Shown: positions 21,100 through 31,600, counted from the first letter of the stretch. The stretch: 32,000 nt of DNA from Methanococcus maripaludis (GCF_002945325.1 NZ_CP026606.1:1650001-1682000), one strand, 5' to 3'. Numbers and translations: made by a program. Notes: generated by a model not told the origin, from the letters alone.

Positions 21100-21696
21100 A
21101 TGTTTGAATCTATTTATTCCGCATTTTACAATGCATTGGATGCGATTTTTTTACCTATGGTACAAACAATGGATCCTGCAATTTTTATATTTGTAACTGC
21201 TCTTTTAGTATCTTTTATTATTAATTTAGCAACCAAAGTATTAGTAAATCAGGACAGGATGGCAGAACTGAAAAATGAACTTCAAGAATTTCAGGTAAAA
21301 GCAAAAAAAGCATCAAAAGATCCTGAATTAATGGCTGAACTTCAAAAAGAACAGCAAAAAATGATGACAATGCAGATGGAAATGATGAAAATGAGTTTTA
21401 AACCCATGATTTACACCTGGGTTCCAATAATCATCATATTTGCTTACTTAAGACACGTATACGACTTTGGTGGAATTTACCACACAATGCAGCCTGCATG
21501 GGATGGAGCTATAGTTCAACTTCCAGTAATCATTTCAAAAATAATTTTTATTGGAATCTGGCACTGGATTGGCGGAATATTCTACCACGGTGGATTTGGC
21601 GTAGTTTCAAGCACAGTTCTTGGATGGCTTGGATGGTACATCATGTGTTCAATGGGAACGTCAATGGTACTTAGAAAATTAATGGGTATCAAATAA
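21100..21696 (+). CDS. EMC3/TMCO1 (DUF106) family integral membrane protein
   Basis: 198-aa ORF; TM helices with [61 protein letters not shown], directly after adkA. Confidence 0.9.
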   Translation: MFESIYSAFYNALDAIFLPMVQTMDPAIFIFVTALLVSFIINLATKVLVNQDRMAELKNELQEFQVKAKKASKDPELMAELQKEQQKMMTMQMEMMKMSFKPMIYTWVPIIIIFAYLRHVYDFGGIYHTMQPAWDGAIVQLPVIISKIIFIGIWHWIGGIFYHGGFGVVSSTVLGWLGWYIMCSMGTSMVLRKLMGIK

Positions 21697-21810
21697 ACGC
21701 CAAAAATAAATTATTATATCTTATTTTTAAATTTCTCTTTTTAGAACTTTTTTTAATTTATGATCTAAAAACATATCTAAAAAAGATAGAATTTAATGAT
21801 TTAAAAGAAT

Positions 21811-22185
21811 TTAAAGATAATAATCGACGATAAAATAAAACAAAACACTAATTTCATCCATTTCTTTAAATTCGAAATTTGGAATATTATTTTCTGTTGG
21901 ATTGAAGCAATCCTCACTTAAATTTTTAAACAAAACTTCAACTTTAATGTTTTCTGGAAGATTTTCTTTGAAATATTTGCTTTTTGAAATAATCTCTTCC
22001 ACTATTGATTTAACATCCGAAGCACTGAATTTTCCGTCATGTTCGGGAATGTACGTAATTTTTGTTTTTAACTTTTCTCGAGTTTCAAAAGTCATCCAGA
22101 AATCTCCAAAATCCGTTTTTGGAATTCTGTAGTCTTTTATTTCAAAACTTCTCTGAATTGTATTTTTCATGAAAACCAACTTCAA
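21811..22185 (-). CDS. Conserved-looking hypothetical protein
   Basis: 124-aa intact ORF; likely true start is the internal MKNTIQRSF; no family recognised. Confidence 0.6.
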   Translation of the reverse strand: MKLVFMKNTIQRSFEIKDYRIPKTDFGDFWMTFETREKLKTKITYIPEHDGKFSASDVKSIVEEIISKSKYFKENLPENIKVEVLFKNLSEDCFNPTENNIPNFEFKEMDEISVLFYFIVDYYL

Positions 22186-22257
22186 TAATTTTTATTTAGT
22201 TTCATCTTTAATTTGGGGATTAATATGCCTTATGATTTGAATTTAAAAAATTAAAAA

Positions 22258-24315
22258 TTATTTTAGTTTTATTTCGGTCTCTCCTGGAGGAAGTGCCCTT
22301 AAAATATCTTCATCATCGACCTCAAAGTCACTAAATTCTTTTAAAAGCTCTTTTACAAGGTCGCTCTTTTTTAATTTTCCAGGTTTTAATAATATCCATT
22401 TTTCAAAAGTTTCTTTTGCAATCGATTCAGGGGCAGTAGTTAATCTTAATTTTCCATCGTAATTTAACGTACCGATTCCAAGTTCAAGCGCAGCACTTCT
22501 TATGAAGTTTCTTTTTCCGCGAATTACAAAAGCTCCTTTTTTTAAGTATTCTCCACTTTCAGCAGTTTTTGAAATCTGGTCTGGTCTTACCCAGTAGACA
22601 TCTGCACTTCCAATTCCAAGTTTCCATGCTCTCGAGTGCGACGCTGCAAATTTTGCAACTTCAAACATTATATTTTCATCAGGTATTTCTTCAGAGCCTT
22701 CTGTTCTAATTATTGTAAATGGTGCTCCTTCCATAAGCGTGTGAAATACTATATCGTTTTTTTCAACATATCTTTTAATCAGCATCTCGTTTGTTGTTGC
22801 ATCCTTTCCTGCAACAATTAAATATCCGCCGATAACGGTCCATTTCAATTTTTCGTACCATTTCAGTACTTTTCTTTCCTTTTTCTTAATATTTTCTTCT
22901 TTTTCTTTCAATACTTCTGAATCAAGTTTTTCTTTATCCTTTAACTCGGCAAGTTTTTTTTCAGAAATTTTTAAAGCTTCAATTACTCCTTGAACTTTAT
23001 TTTTAAATTTCTTTGATTTCTGGTAAACTATATCTGCATTTTCAAAAGCATTTTTTCTTAAATCTACTGGTACGGTGTCCTCAATAAGTCCATTTCCGTA
23101 GTCAGCAGATAGTTTTAGAGTTAATTCTGCATTTTTTTCATTCACATTTATTATTTTACTTAAAATCGGGTGGGTTTTATTTTCTTTAATGACATTTTTA
23201 ATGCCATTCCAGTCCATTTTTTCTCTTGCATCTTTAATTGTGCTTACAATTTCATCTACAAGAGAATAATTTGCATAAATCAAATCTCCACGTTTATGGT
23301 TTGAAACGGATTGTTTTTCGTATTTGTCTTTGGTATCAAGCTGGCTTTTTAATATACGCTCCTGTTTTTTCACGAGTTTTTGTAATTTTGATTCAGCCTG
23401 CTTAATCTCTTTTTTCATGATAAATCTTGAGAAATATTCATCAAGCGCAGTTAAAAAACTTTCATAATGTTTTATTTCATTTTCTTTTAGATTTTCATGT
23501 ATTTTTAAATCAATCGGGTCGATATTCACAAATTCTCCATTCTTAAGTGTAGATTTTGGTTTTAGTTCGCCAAATACTTTTTTAAAGAACGATTTTGATC
23601 CTTCAAAGAGTTTTTCAATGTCTTCGTTTTTTGGATTCTTCAAATTTTTATCAATTTCTGAATTTAGACAGATTTCTTCCGAATAAACTCCAGCAAGTCC
23701 AAAAGTCCTTGAAATTATTCTTACAGCTTCAGTATCTTTGTTTTCTTCCTTTTCAAATTCTTCTAAAAACAATTTCTTAGCAAGAGAATAATCTAGATTT
23801 TTTGGATCGAGGTCCTTTTGAGGCGGGAATTTGTAAATTTCTTTTGGAACGATTTTTCTCGTACTCCACCTTTCAATTTTTAACGGGAGAATAATTTTAT
23901 CTTCACTATCGAGGAGTATTGCGTTTCCGTCTCCAAATAACTCGATAATCAGTTTATATTTTAATTCATTCCATTCAAAATTGAAAATTATAATCCTGTC
24001 AAAGTTATGCTGGGCAACACTAGTTATTTTAATGTTTTTCAAATGTTTCCTAAGCAGCATTACAAAAGAAGGAGGATTTCTTGGTTTTTCTCTTTCGTAT
24101 TCCGTAAGTGTTATGTATTTGTATTTTCCAAGGCCTATTGCAATTTCTCTTGAACCGATTTCAGGAATATGTACTTTTAAAATTAATTCCTTTCCGTCCT
24201 GATTATTTACTAAAAAAGCCTTGTCCAATTTTCCGTTGATTACATTTTGAAGTTCAGATACTGCGGCACTGATATCAACGTTTGTCATCTCTGTTTTCAT
24301 AAAAATCTCTTCCAA
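22258..24315 (-). CDS. rqcH: NFACT family protein RqcH (ribosome-associated quality control)
   Basis: 685-aa ORF; N-terminal MTNVDISAAVSELQNVINGKLDKAF, long coiled coil, YEKLKWTVIGGYLIVAGKDATTNEMLIKRYVEKNDIVFHTLMEGAPFTII; likely start MKTEMTN at 24300. Confidence 0.92.
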   Translation of the reverse strand: MEEIFMKTEMTNVDISAAVSELQNVINGKLDKAFLVNNQDGKELILKVHIPEIGSREIAIGLGKYKYITLTEYEREKPRNPPSFVMLLRKHLKNIKITSVAQHNFDRIIIFNFEWNELKYKLIIELFGDGNAILLDSEDKIILPLKIERWSTRKIVPKEIYKFPPQKDLDPKNLDYSLAKKLFLEEFEKEENKDTEAVRIISRTFGLAGVYSEEICLNSEIDKNLKNPKNEDIEKLFEGSKSFFKKVFGELKPKSTLKNGEFVNIDPIDLKIHENLKENEIKHYESFLTALDEYFSRFIMKKEIKQAESKLQKLVKKQERILKSQLDTKDKYEKQSVSNHKRGDLIYANYSLVDEIVSTIKDAREKMDWNGIKNVIKENKTHPILSKIINVNEKNAELTLKLSADYGNGLIEDTVPVDLRKNAFENADIVYQKSKKFKNKVQGVIEALKISEKKLAELKDKEKLDSEVLKEKEENIKKKERKVLKWYEKLKWTVIGGYLIVAGKDATTNEMLIKRYVEKNDIVFHTLMEGAPFTIIRTEGSEEIPDENIMFEVAKFAASHSRAWKLGIGSADVYWVRPDQISKTAESGEYLKKGAFVIRGKRNFIRSAALELGIGTLNYDGKLRLTTAPESIAKETFEKWILLKPGKLKKSDLVKELLKEFSDFEVDDEDILRALPPGETEIKLK

Positions 24316-24596
24316 ATTCCAGATTATAAATTTTTTAAAGAATAATAATTATCTAAATTCTATATGTTTTATCACGGTAATATTCATGTATTTTGACGAT
24401 TACACGTTTATCATAGTATATAAACAAAATATATTAAGATATACGTAAAAGGTGTAACCATCTGAGAAAGAAGTTTACTTTCAAGATAAGTAAAAATTAA
24501 AACTTTACAAAAAAGAATCTAAGAAAACTGGGATTTAATAGTTTTTAATAGCTTAAATTTTTCAATATTTAAATTAAGTTCCGATTTATTGTAATT

Positions 24597-24824
24597 TTAA
24601 AAAATAAGTTCCAGAAATGCAATTCCAAGTATTGAAACAACTATGAAAAATCCCAGTAAGACATTAAGGTCGTGAAATAATTCAAGTATATATTCATTTT
24701 TAAATCCAAATGCCTGAAACACGTTTAAACTTATAAGAATTGAAAACATCACTACAATAACAATAAAAAACATGTAGGAAATATCTTTTTTGAAATATCT
24801 TTTTATTTGAGAATCAATAGCCAT
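24597..24824 (-). CDS. Small two-TM membrane protein
   Basis: 75-aa ORF with two hydrophobic segments. Confidence 0.55.
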   Translation of the reverse strand: MAIDSQIKRYFKKDISYMFFIVIVVMFSILISLNVFQAFGFKNEYILELFHDLNVLLGFFIVVSILGIAFLELIF

Positions 24825-25048
24825 ATTAACCCTTTTTCGTCCCGATTAACATTCGAAACAATATTTATTTGATAATATATTTTATTTGCGATTTAATTAA
24901 ATAATTAGGCCATTAATATATTAAATATCTAAATATCAAAACAATGGAAATTTAATATTTTGATAACTTCAACATTTTTAAATATATTCTTGAAAATAAG
25001 TATATTGGGACAGAACTAATTATTTTGGGACTTTAAATTTATTTTGGT

Positions 25049-25606
25049 GTGAAAATGGATATGGATGAACTTCAAAACTCTATTTTAGAAAAAATGTATT
25101 CAGAATACCGTAAAGGGAATATCGGCCTTCAAAGAAAGGATTTTAAAGAAGTAGAACCTAATGACCAAAAACTTGATAGTGCATTTAAAACTTTAAAATC
25201 AAGCGGATACTTAGAAATCAAGTCAAGAGTTCATACAACAATTGGTATTTTTTACATCGTGACGCTTTCTAAAAGTGGAATGGCATTTATTGAAAATTCA
25301 AAACATTTTAAAAACAAATTTCAAGATTTTGACCCCGTAATTCGTGATGACGATATTATATTTGGAATGGGAAGTGAACATGTAATTACAATATTGCCAT
25401 TTAAAAGAGTTTATGATGAAATTAATAATAAAAATCCAGAAAACCGGATTGAAATTGTTAAAAACGTTCGAATAATTGAAAAAGAACTTTCAAATGAAAT
25501 AATTAACAAATCAAATGTAAAGACTGCACTAAATCATCTTAAAAATAATGCAAGCTGGATTTTGCCGGGCGTTTTTGGTTCAATAATTGCAATGTTTGAA
25601 AAATAA
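25049..25606 (+). CDS. Winged-helix-like DNA-binding protein with membrane-proximal C-terminus
   Basis: 185-aa ORF; KLDSAFKTLKSSGYLEIKSRVHTTIGIFYIVTLSKSGMAFIEN resembles a wHTH; likely start at ATG 25055, 3' of a GGTG. Confidence 0.65.
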   Translation: MKMDMDELQNSILEKMYSEYRKGNIGLQRKDFKEVEPNDQKLDSAFKTLKSSGYLEIKSRVHTTIGIFYIVTLSKSGMAFIENSKHFKNKFQDFDPVIRDDDIIFGMGSEHVITILPFKRVYDEINNKNPENRIEIVKNVRIIEKELSNEIINKSNVKTALNHLKNNASWILPGVFGSIIAMFEK

Positions 25607-25712
25607 TTCTGACGTTTTTATAAAGCGTGTTAAAAAATAAAATTACGATATATAATTTACGATATGATAACAATAGTAATCATTAATACATGATATGGGA
25701 TATATTCAAATA

Positions 25713-25834
25713 TTGTGTGGGAACGCCAAAACCGTTGGATTTAATTTGGGGATACTAAACAATATCTTTGGATAATTATTTTTGGGTTGACTTAAAAGTG
25801 AAATATTTATTTCACAACCTATATTCCCACACAA
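25713..25834 (+). other. Candidate structured RNA or small inverted-repeat element
   Basis: Perfect 11-bp arms TTGTGTGGGAA (25713-25723) and TTCCCACACAA (25824-25834), with internal hairpins including GTGAAAT-ATTT-ATTTCAC; T-rich tract downstream. Confidence 0.45.
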
Positions 25835-25938
25835 ATTTTTTGGTATGCTTTTTTAAATAAGATTTAAAATAATTTTCAAGAATAAAAATTTTTAAAGTAT
25901 ATTACAATCTGATCGGCCCGATAAAAAAGATAACTTTC

Positions 25939-26133
25939 TTATTTTCCTTTTTTTAACGTATTGGCTAAATAAAGTAAATATATGCAGAATACTAAACATA
26001 AAATACCCATGATGGGATTTATATATGCAAAAACCAGTGCAGATATCGGAAATCCTAAAAAAAACGTTATTGCAATAATTATTTCCCCAAGAGTTTTTCG
26101 ACCTGCGTTTTTAATAAGTCCCATGTCAAACAC
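25939..26133 (-). CDS. Small two-TM membrane protein
   Basis: 64-aa ORF, FDMGLIKNAGRKTLGEIIIAITFFLGFPISALVFAYINPIMGILCLVFCIYLLYLA. Confidence 0.6.
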   Translation of the reverse strand: MFDMGLIKNAGRKTLGEIIIAITFFLGFPISALVFAYINPIMGILCLVFCIYLLYLANTLKKGK

Positions 26134-26263
26134 CCCAATTTTTGTTGAATTTTTAAACTAAGTTAGGTATTTTAAATTATATTCAAAATAAATTCCTTTT
26201 AATTAGCAGGGTACTAAATAAAAAAACATAATTTTAATAAACAGTACCTTTTTTCGTGTTTAA

Positions 26264-26277
26264 TTATATATATTTAA
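26264..26277 (+). promoter_or_regulatory. Candidate TATA box for argS
   Basis: TATATATATTTAAA-type sequence about 75 bp upstream of the argS start. Confidence 0.45.
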
Positions 26278-26347
26278 AAGCCATGAATATATGTTATTGC
26301 AGATATGATTTAAGAACTTAAAATAGAAACACAAGGCGAGGCAGATT

Positions 26348-28048
26348 ATGGACGTTGAAAATTTGATAATAACGACCTTAAAAGATAAAGTAAAGGAATT
26401 AACCGGAAATGAGATGGATATAAGACTTGACGAACCGCCTGCAATAAACTTAGGGGATTACTCAACAAATATTTCATTTAGGCTTGCAAAAGAGTTAAAA
26501 AAAGCTCCAAAAATGATTGCAGAAGATATTGCAAATTCATTAAGTATTTTGGGAATTGAAAAAATTGAAGCTGTAAATGGATACATTAATTTTTTCATGA
26601 ATTATTCAGACTTTTCAAAAGAAACAGTCTCAAAAATAACTTCTGAAAAAGAAAACTTTGGAAAACTTGAAAAAAGAAATGAAAAAGTAATTTTGGAGCA
26701 CACTTCCGCAAATCCAAACGGACCTTTCCATATTGGTCATGGAAGAAACATGGTTATTGGGGACAGCTTAAAAAGAATACTCATTGCATCAGGATATGAT
26801 GTAGAAACGCAGTACTATGTAAATGACATGGGACGGCAAGAAGCAATCGTTGTTTTTGGAAATGAAAAATTTGAACTCGACAAATCTAAAAAAGCAGACC
26901 ATGGAATTGGTGAAGTTTACGTTGAAACAAACAAACTGCTTGCAGAAAACGAAGAACTCGAACAGGAAATTCTAAATTTAATGAAAAATTATGAAAGTGC
27001 CTGTGAATCAGGAATTGAAAACGAATTAACTGAAAAATTTAAAAATGCAGTTAATTATTCATTAGGCGGATTTAAAGAAACACTTTCAACACTAAATATC
27101 TACCACGATAAATTTGTCTGGGAAAGCGAATTTGTAAAAAGCGGGATGGTAAGGGAAGTAATAAACCGGCTGATGAATACTGGAAAAGTTGTTGAAGATG
27201 AAGTTTACAGGCTCGACCTTTCAGATTACGGAATCGAAAAAAAGCTTGTTTTAGCAAGATTAAATGGAACAAGTCTTTATTCAACAAGAGATATTGCATA
27301 CCACATTAATAAAATGGAAAACTGCGACTTTGCAGTTAATCTGCTTGGAGCAGACCACAAATTAACCGCAGTAATGGTTAACAAGACGTTAGCACTTTTA
27401 GGATACAACGAAGCTGAAGTTGTATTTTACGAATTTATTTCGCTTCCAGAAGGCTCAATGAGTACGAGAAGAGGTAGATTCATCAGTATGGATGAACTCT
27501 TTGAAGAAGCAAAATCAAGAGCTGCTGAAGAAGTTAGAAAAAGAGGCGTTGCACAAAGCGAAGAAGAAATCGAAGAAATCGCAAAAAAAATTGCGGTTGG
27601 TGCTGTAAGGTACAATATTGTTAGAATTGCACCCGAAAAACCAATGGTATTCAGGTGGGATGAAGCACTTGACTTTGAAAAAGTTGGATGTCCGGTTATC
27701 CAGTACGCTCATGCAAGATGTTCAAGAATTTTAGAAAATGTCGAAAATATTTCCAATGATAATTTATTTGCATACGAAATGAATGAAAATGAAAAAACAA
27801 TTGTTAAGTTGCTTTCAAAATTACCAAAAATCGTTGAAAAAGCTGCAGAAGTTAGAAAACCTCAGATTGTTGCAAATTACGTGCTTGACATTGCACAAGG
27901 TTTTAACAAATTCTACGCAAACTGTCCAGTTTTAAAAGAAGAAAACGAGACAGTTAGAACTTCAAGACTCGCAATTGTAAGTACTACAAAAACAGTTTTG
28001 GAAAATACACTCGATCTTTTAGGTATTGAAATGCCCGGAAAGATGTAA
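26348..28048 (+). CDS. argS: Arginyl-tRNA synthetase
   Basis: 566-aa ORF; [32 protein letters not shown] and [16 protein letters not shown]. Confidence 0.98.
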   Translation: MDVENLIITTLKDKVKELTGNEMDIRLDEPPAINLGDYSTNISFRLAKELKKAPKMIAEDIANSLSILGIEKIEAVNGYINFFMNYSDFSKETVSKITSEKENFGKLEKRNEKVILEHTSANPNGPFHIGHGRNMVIGDSLKRILIASGYDVETQYYVNDMGRQEAIVVFGNEKFELDKSKKADHGIGEVYVETNKLLAENEELEQEILNLMKNYESACESGIENELTEKFKNAVNYSLGGFKETLSTLNIYHDKFVWESEFVKSGMVREVINRLMNTGKVVEDEVYRLDLSDYGIEKKLVLARLNGTSLYSTRDIAYHINKMENCDFAVNLLGADHKLTAVMVNKTLALLGYNEAEVVFYEFISLPEGSMSTRRGRFISMDELFEEAKSRAAEEVRKRGVAQSEEEIEEIAKKIAVGAVRYNIVRIAPEKPMVFRWDEALDFEKVGCPVIQYAHARCSRILENVENISNDNLFAYEMNENEKTIVKLLSKLPKIVEKAAEVRKPQIVANYVLDIAQGFNKFYANCPVLKEENETVRTSRLAIVSTTKTVLENTLDLLGIEMPGKM

Positions 28049-28192
28049 ATTAAAGTTTTTATCTTTTTTTATCTTTAATTTTTTAAATTTTACTCGGATA
28101 TTTGTGGAAAAATCGTTGTACTGAATATTTATATTAAATAAAATAGATATTAAATTCTCATTTTACAATCATTACAAAAATTCAGTGAAAAA

Positions 28193-28696
28193 ATGGACGT
28201 TTATGATATTTTATTCTTAAAATGCACGGAATACGAAGTAGTTGTAAACGAAAGACACGTTCCGCTTTGGATGTTATCTAAATCCGATGAAGAACGAATA
28301 AATTTTGATCTTCCGTGGACAAATTTACAGGATCTTGCAATATCTCTCTATGAATTAAAAAGAGAACAGCAAAAGTCAAAAGAGCTTTTAAAGTGTAATC
28401 TCGAAGAAATAATTGTTGGAATTTCTTATTTAAAATCTAAAAAGTCAGGTTCTCTTTTATCAGACGAATCAATGGCAATAAAAGCTTGTATGGACTATTT
28501 ATCTGAATTTATAACTGCAAGGATAAATTGTATATATAGATATTATTATCCAATGAAAACCCCGCCAAACAAATCGCTTTTTGATGAAGTAATTCTTAAA
28601 TTCCCACAAAAAAAAGATATAAAAGCTAAAAACAGGCAGGATTTTGAAGAAATAATTTCAAAACTTAAAAAATACGATTTTAATTTACAAAATTAA
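28193..28696 (+). CDS. Uncharacterised helical protein immediately upstream of mcm, possible divergent GINS-like subunit
   Basis: 167-aa ORF ending 12 bp before mcm; SDESMAIKACMDYLSEFITARINCIYRYYYP is only loosely GINS-like. Confidence 0.6.
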   Translation: MDVYDILFLKCTEYEVVVNERHVPLWMLSKSDEERINFDLPWTNLQDLAISLYELKREQQKSKELLKCNLEEIIVGISYLKSKKSGSLLSDESMAIKACMDYLSEFITARINCIYRYYYPMKTPPNKSLFDEVILKFPQKKDIKAKNRQDFEEIISKLKKYDFNLQN

Positions 28697-28708
28697 TTTT
28701 GTGATATT

Positions 28709-30841
28709 ATGGAATTTGATGAAGAAGTTTTTTTGACCCTGTACGGCGATAAATTAAAAAAATACATGAAAGACCAGATTTCACAAAAGATGGTTAAAAA
28801 TAACGTTTTTGAATTTGATATAGGCGAATTTTTAAAAAATTATTCGGATTCGTGTGACATAAACGATCAAATTATTGAAAATCCAAAATTAGTCGAAGAT
28901 CCTCTATTATATGTTTTTAAAGAATCCTACATAGATCTTTTTGGTGAAGATGAGCATGTAAAAAAGGAACTCGAAAAAACACAGATTGCATTTAAGAATC
29001 CGCTTGGATGCGACAAAAAAATCGATGAAATAACGTCGTCAGAAATGAACAGGCTCGTTAAATTCGAAGGAAATATCATAAAAGCGGCAAAAGTTTGCGC
29101 ATTATTAAAAAAAGCATGTTTCGTCTGTCGAGCATGCGGTGAAATTTCATATAAAACAATTCACGACTATTTTGAACAGCCAAGAAGCTACTGTAAAAAT
29201 CAAAACTGCAGAAGCGAAATGTCAATTGATTACGATAGTTCTGCTTATGTAAATATTCAGGAACTTGAAATACAGCAGCCAATTGATTTAATGAGAAATC
29301 CTGACGATCCTCCAAGAAGTATTCGTGTTTTTTTAGAAAATTCTGATGGAATTTACTCTGGACGGGTGGATGTTGTAGGAACGGTTATGAAAAAGCTTAC
29401 ACGTCCAAATATGCCTGTTTTTGAAATTTATGCGAAAAGTAACCATGTAAAACTCGGCGAAAGCTTCCAAAAGATTGAAGTAAAAGACATCATAAACAAC
29501 TACGATTTAATAAATACCCTGGATGAACTTGGGAAAAAGGAAAATATAATTGATATTCTTTCAAATTATTTAATACCTCAAATTAAAGGTTACGATCTTG
29601 TAAAAAAAGCAATATTTTTACAGCAAGTAAAAGCATGTACTAAATTTTTACCCGATGGATCAGAACTTAGGAAAGACAGCCACATTTTATTGATAACGGA
29701 TCCGGGAATTGGAAAGTCTACAATGCTTAGAAAAATTTCAAGACTTTTCCCACAAAATTCCTATGCGTCAGTTACAACTGCAACAGGTGGTGGATTAACT
29801 GCAAATGTTGTAAGGGAGGCTACAGAAATTGGGGATGGCTGGGTTGTAAAACCTGGAGTATTCGTTCGTGCAAATGAGGGAACTGCATGTATTGATGAAT
29901 TAACTGTTGATAAAAACGTTATGAAATATATTTTAGAAGCAATGGAGTCCCAGACTATACACGTGAATAAAGGGGGAATTAATGTAAAACTTCCTGCAAG
30001 GTGTGCGGTTTTAGCAGCTTGCAACCCAAAAAGAGGTAGATTTGATAGAAACATGGGCGTAGTCGAACAGATTGGAATTCCAGCACCCTTGTTAAGCCGT
30101 TTTGATTTGATATTCCCTTTAAAAGATTCCCCTGATAGGCGAAGGGATGCAGAGATTGCAGAACACATACTTGATACACACGTTGAAACTGCAACGAAAA
30201 ACTATTCAAAAGTTCTTGGTTCAATCAAAATAGATGGAATAACTGTTGATGAAAATTTAATTAAGAATTATATAATTTATGCGAGAACCTGTGCATATTT
30301 CGATGAAAATCATCATTTGTATGCTGGAGAGGTTGATGAAAGGAAAATAAAAAGTCCACCCCTTTCAAAAGGCGCCAAAAAATTGATTCGGGATTATTAC
30401 GTTGACATGAGAAAGCTTGGGGAAGGAAACAATCCAGTCCCCGTTACTGCAAGACAATTAGAAGCTGCAATAAGAATTTCAGAAATGCATGCAAAAGCAA
30501 GGCTTTCAAGAGAAGTAGAAGAAAAAGATGCGAAAATTGCAATTGATATAATTGAAGAATGTTTAAGGCAAGTTGCATATGATCCTGAAACTGGAAAATT
30601 TGACATAGATAAAGGAATGGGTGAAATTCCAAAATCTAAAGTCGATAAAATGGATAAAATCGTGGATATTATTCGTGAACTTTCAGTATTAAGTAGCAAC
30701 GGTCTTGCCGATGAATGCGATATTGTAGAAAAAGCTTCAGAATTTCAGATTTCTGAAAAGGATGTTTCAGACATGCTTTCAAAATTAAAGAAGAGTGCAG
30801 ATGTATTCAGCCCAAAATATGGATATTATAGATTAACTTAA
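28709..30841 (+). CDS. mcm: MCM family replicative helicase paralog
   Basis: 710-aa ORF; CX2C...CX4C zinc motif, Walker A TDPGIGKS, Walker B CIDEL, AACNPKRGRFD, LLSRFDLIFPL arginine finger. Confidence 0.95.
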   Translation: MEFDEEVFLTLYGDKLKKYMKDQISQKMVKNNVFEFDIGEFLKNYSDSCDINDQIIENPKLVEDPLLYVFKESYIDLFGEDEHVKKELEKTQIAFKNPLGCDKKIDEITSSEMNRLVKFEGNIIKAAKVCALLKKACFVCRACGEISYKTIHDYFEQPRSYCKNQNCRSEMSIDYDSSAYVNIQELEIQQPIDLMRNPDDPPRSIRVFLENSDGIYSGRVDVVGTVMKKLTRPNMPVFEIYAKSNHVKLGESFQKIEVKDIINNYDLINTLDELGKKENIIDILSNYLIPQIKGYDLVKKAIFLQQVKACTKFLPDGSELRKDSHILLITDPGIGKSTMLRKISRLFPQNSYASVTTATGGGLTANVVREATEIGDGWVVKPGVFVRANEGTACIDELTVDKNVMKYILEAMESQTIHVNKGGINVKLPARCAVLAACNPKRGRFDRNMGVVEQIGIPAPLLSRFDLIFPLKDSPDRRRDAEIAEHILDTHVETATKNYSKVLGSIKIDGITVDENLIKNYIIYARTCAYFDENHHLYAGEVDERKIKSPPLSKGAKKLIRDYYVDMRKLGEGNNPVPVTARQLEAAIRISEMHAKARLSREVEEKDAKIAIDIIEECLRQVAYDPETGKFDIDKGMGEIPKSKVDKMDKIVDIIRELSVLSSNGLADECDIVEKASEFQISEKDVSDMLSKLKKSADVFSPKYGYYRLT

Positions 30842-30928
30842 AATTATTTCTAAAATAAAGTCTTTTTTAATTTTTGTTTTACCATTTTTTCAGATAAGTT
30901 TATATATACAAACGTCAATGTAAAGTAC

Positions 30929-30946
30929 ATACCTTCTGGTAGGTAT
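30929..30946. promoter_or_regulatory. Palindromic operator upstream of the TetR gene
   Basis: ATACCTTCTGGTAGGTAT, imperfect palindrome 6 bp before the ATG at 30953 and downstream of a TATATATACAAA TATA box near 30901. Confidence 0.75.
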
Positions 30947-30952
30947 GGTATC

Positions 30953-31555
30953 ATGAGTACAAAAGAAAAAATAGTGCAGAACGCTGCAAAGCTGTTTCTT
31001 ACAAAAGGATACAAGCAAACGTCTTTAAATGAAATAGCCGAAAAAACAGGTATTACTAAAGGTGGAATTTACCACCATTTTAAAGATAAAAATGAACTTT
31101 TTGTAGAAATGGCCGAGTATTTCAAATCTAAATTTGCTTCGCTTTTAACAAAAATGGAGCAAGAATCATCTTTAGAAGATTTGTTGAAGAATTATTTTGA
31201 AAATTCTGAAATTTTGATGCAGGAAATTGCAGAATATCTTGAATTAACTCTTAAAGATATCAAACATTTTTCAGAATTTCAATCAAGATTTACATTAGAT
31301 GCAATCCAATACGGTCCAAAAGATATGGACTTTACAATGCACACAAAATCGATGTATTCCCTTTTGAAAAAAAAGATAGAACTCGCCAAAAAAAATGGGG
31401 AGATTTTAGAAGAAATCGATTCAAAAGAAATTTCATTAGAGATTATTGCAATCATTGAGGGTTATTCAAATTTAAGGCGATTAAAATTAATGGATGACTC
31501 TTATGAATATGGAAATAAGTGCTTTGAACGATTGTGGAATCGAATAAAAAAATAA
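30953..31555 (+). CDS. TetR/AcrR family transcriptional regulator
   Basis: 200-aa ORF; AAKLFLTKGYKQTSLNEIAEKTGITKGGIYHHFKDKNELFVEM. Confidence 0.97.
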   Translation: MSTKEKIVQNAAKLFLTKGYKQTSLNEIAEKTGITKGGIYHHFKDKNELFVEMAEYFKSKFASLLTKMEQESSLEDLLKNYFENSEILMQEIAEYLELTLKDIKHFSEFQSRFTLDAIQYGPKDMDFTMHTKSMYSLLKKKIELAKKNGEILEEIDSKEISLEIIAIIEGYSNLRRLKLMDDSYEYGNKCFERLWNRIKK

Positions 31556-31600
31556 ACGGCATGAAAAATACGAAAGATATGTTTTTTCATATTCGAGTAA

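Noticed and set aside
29761-30168. Minus-strand ORF of 135 aa over mcm
   Set aside because: Antisense to conserved AAA+ core of MCM; Ser/Thr/Pro-rich translation typical of shadow frames.
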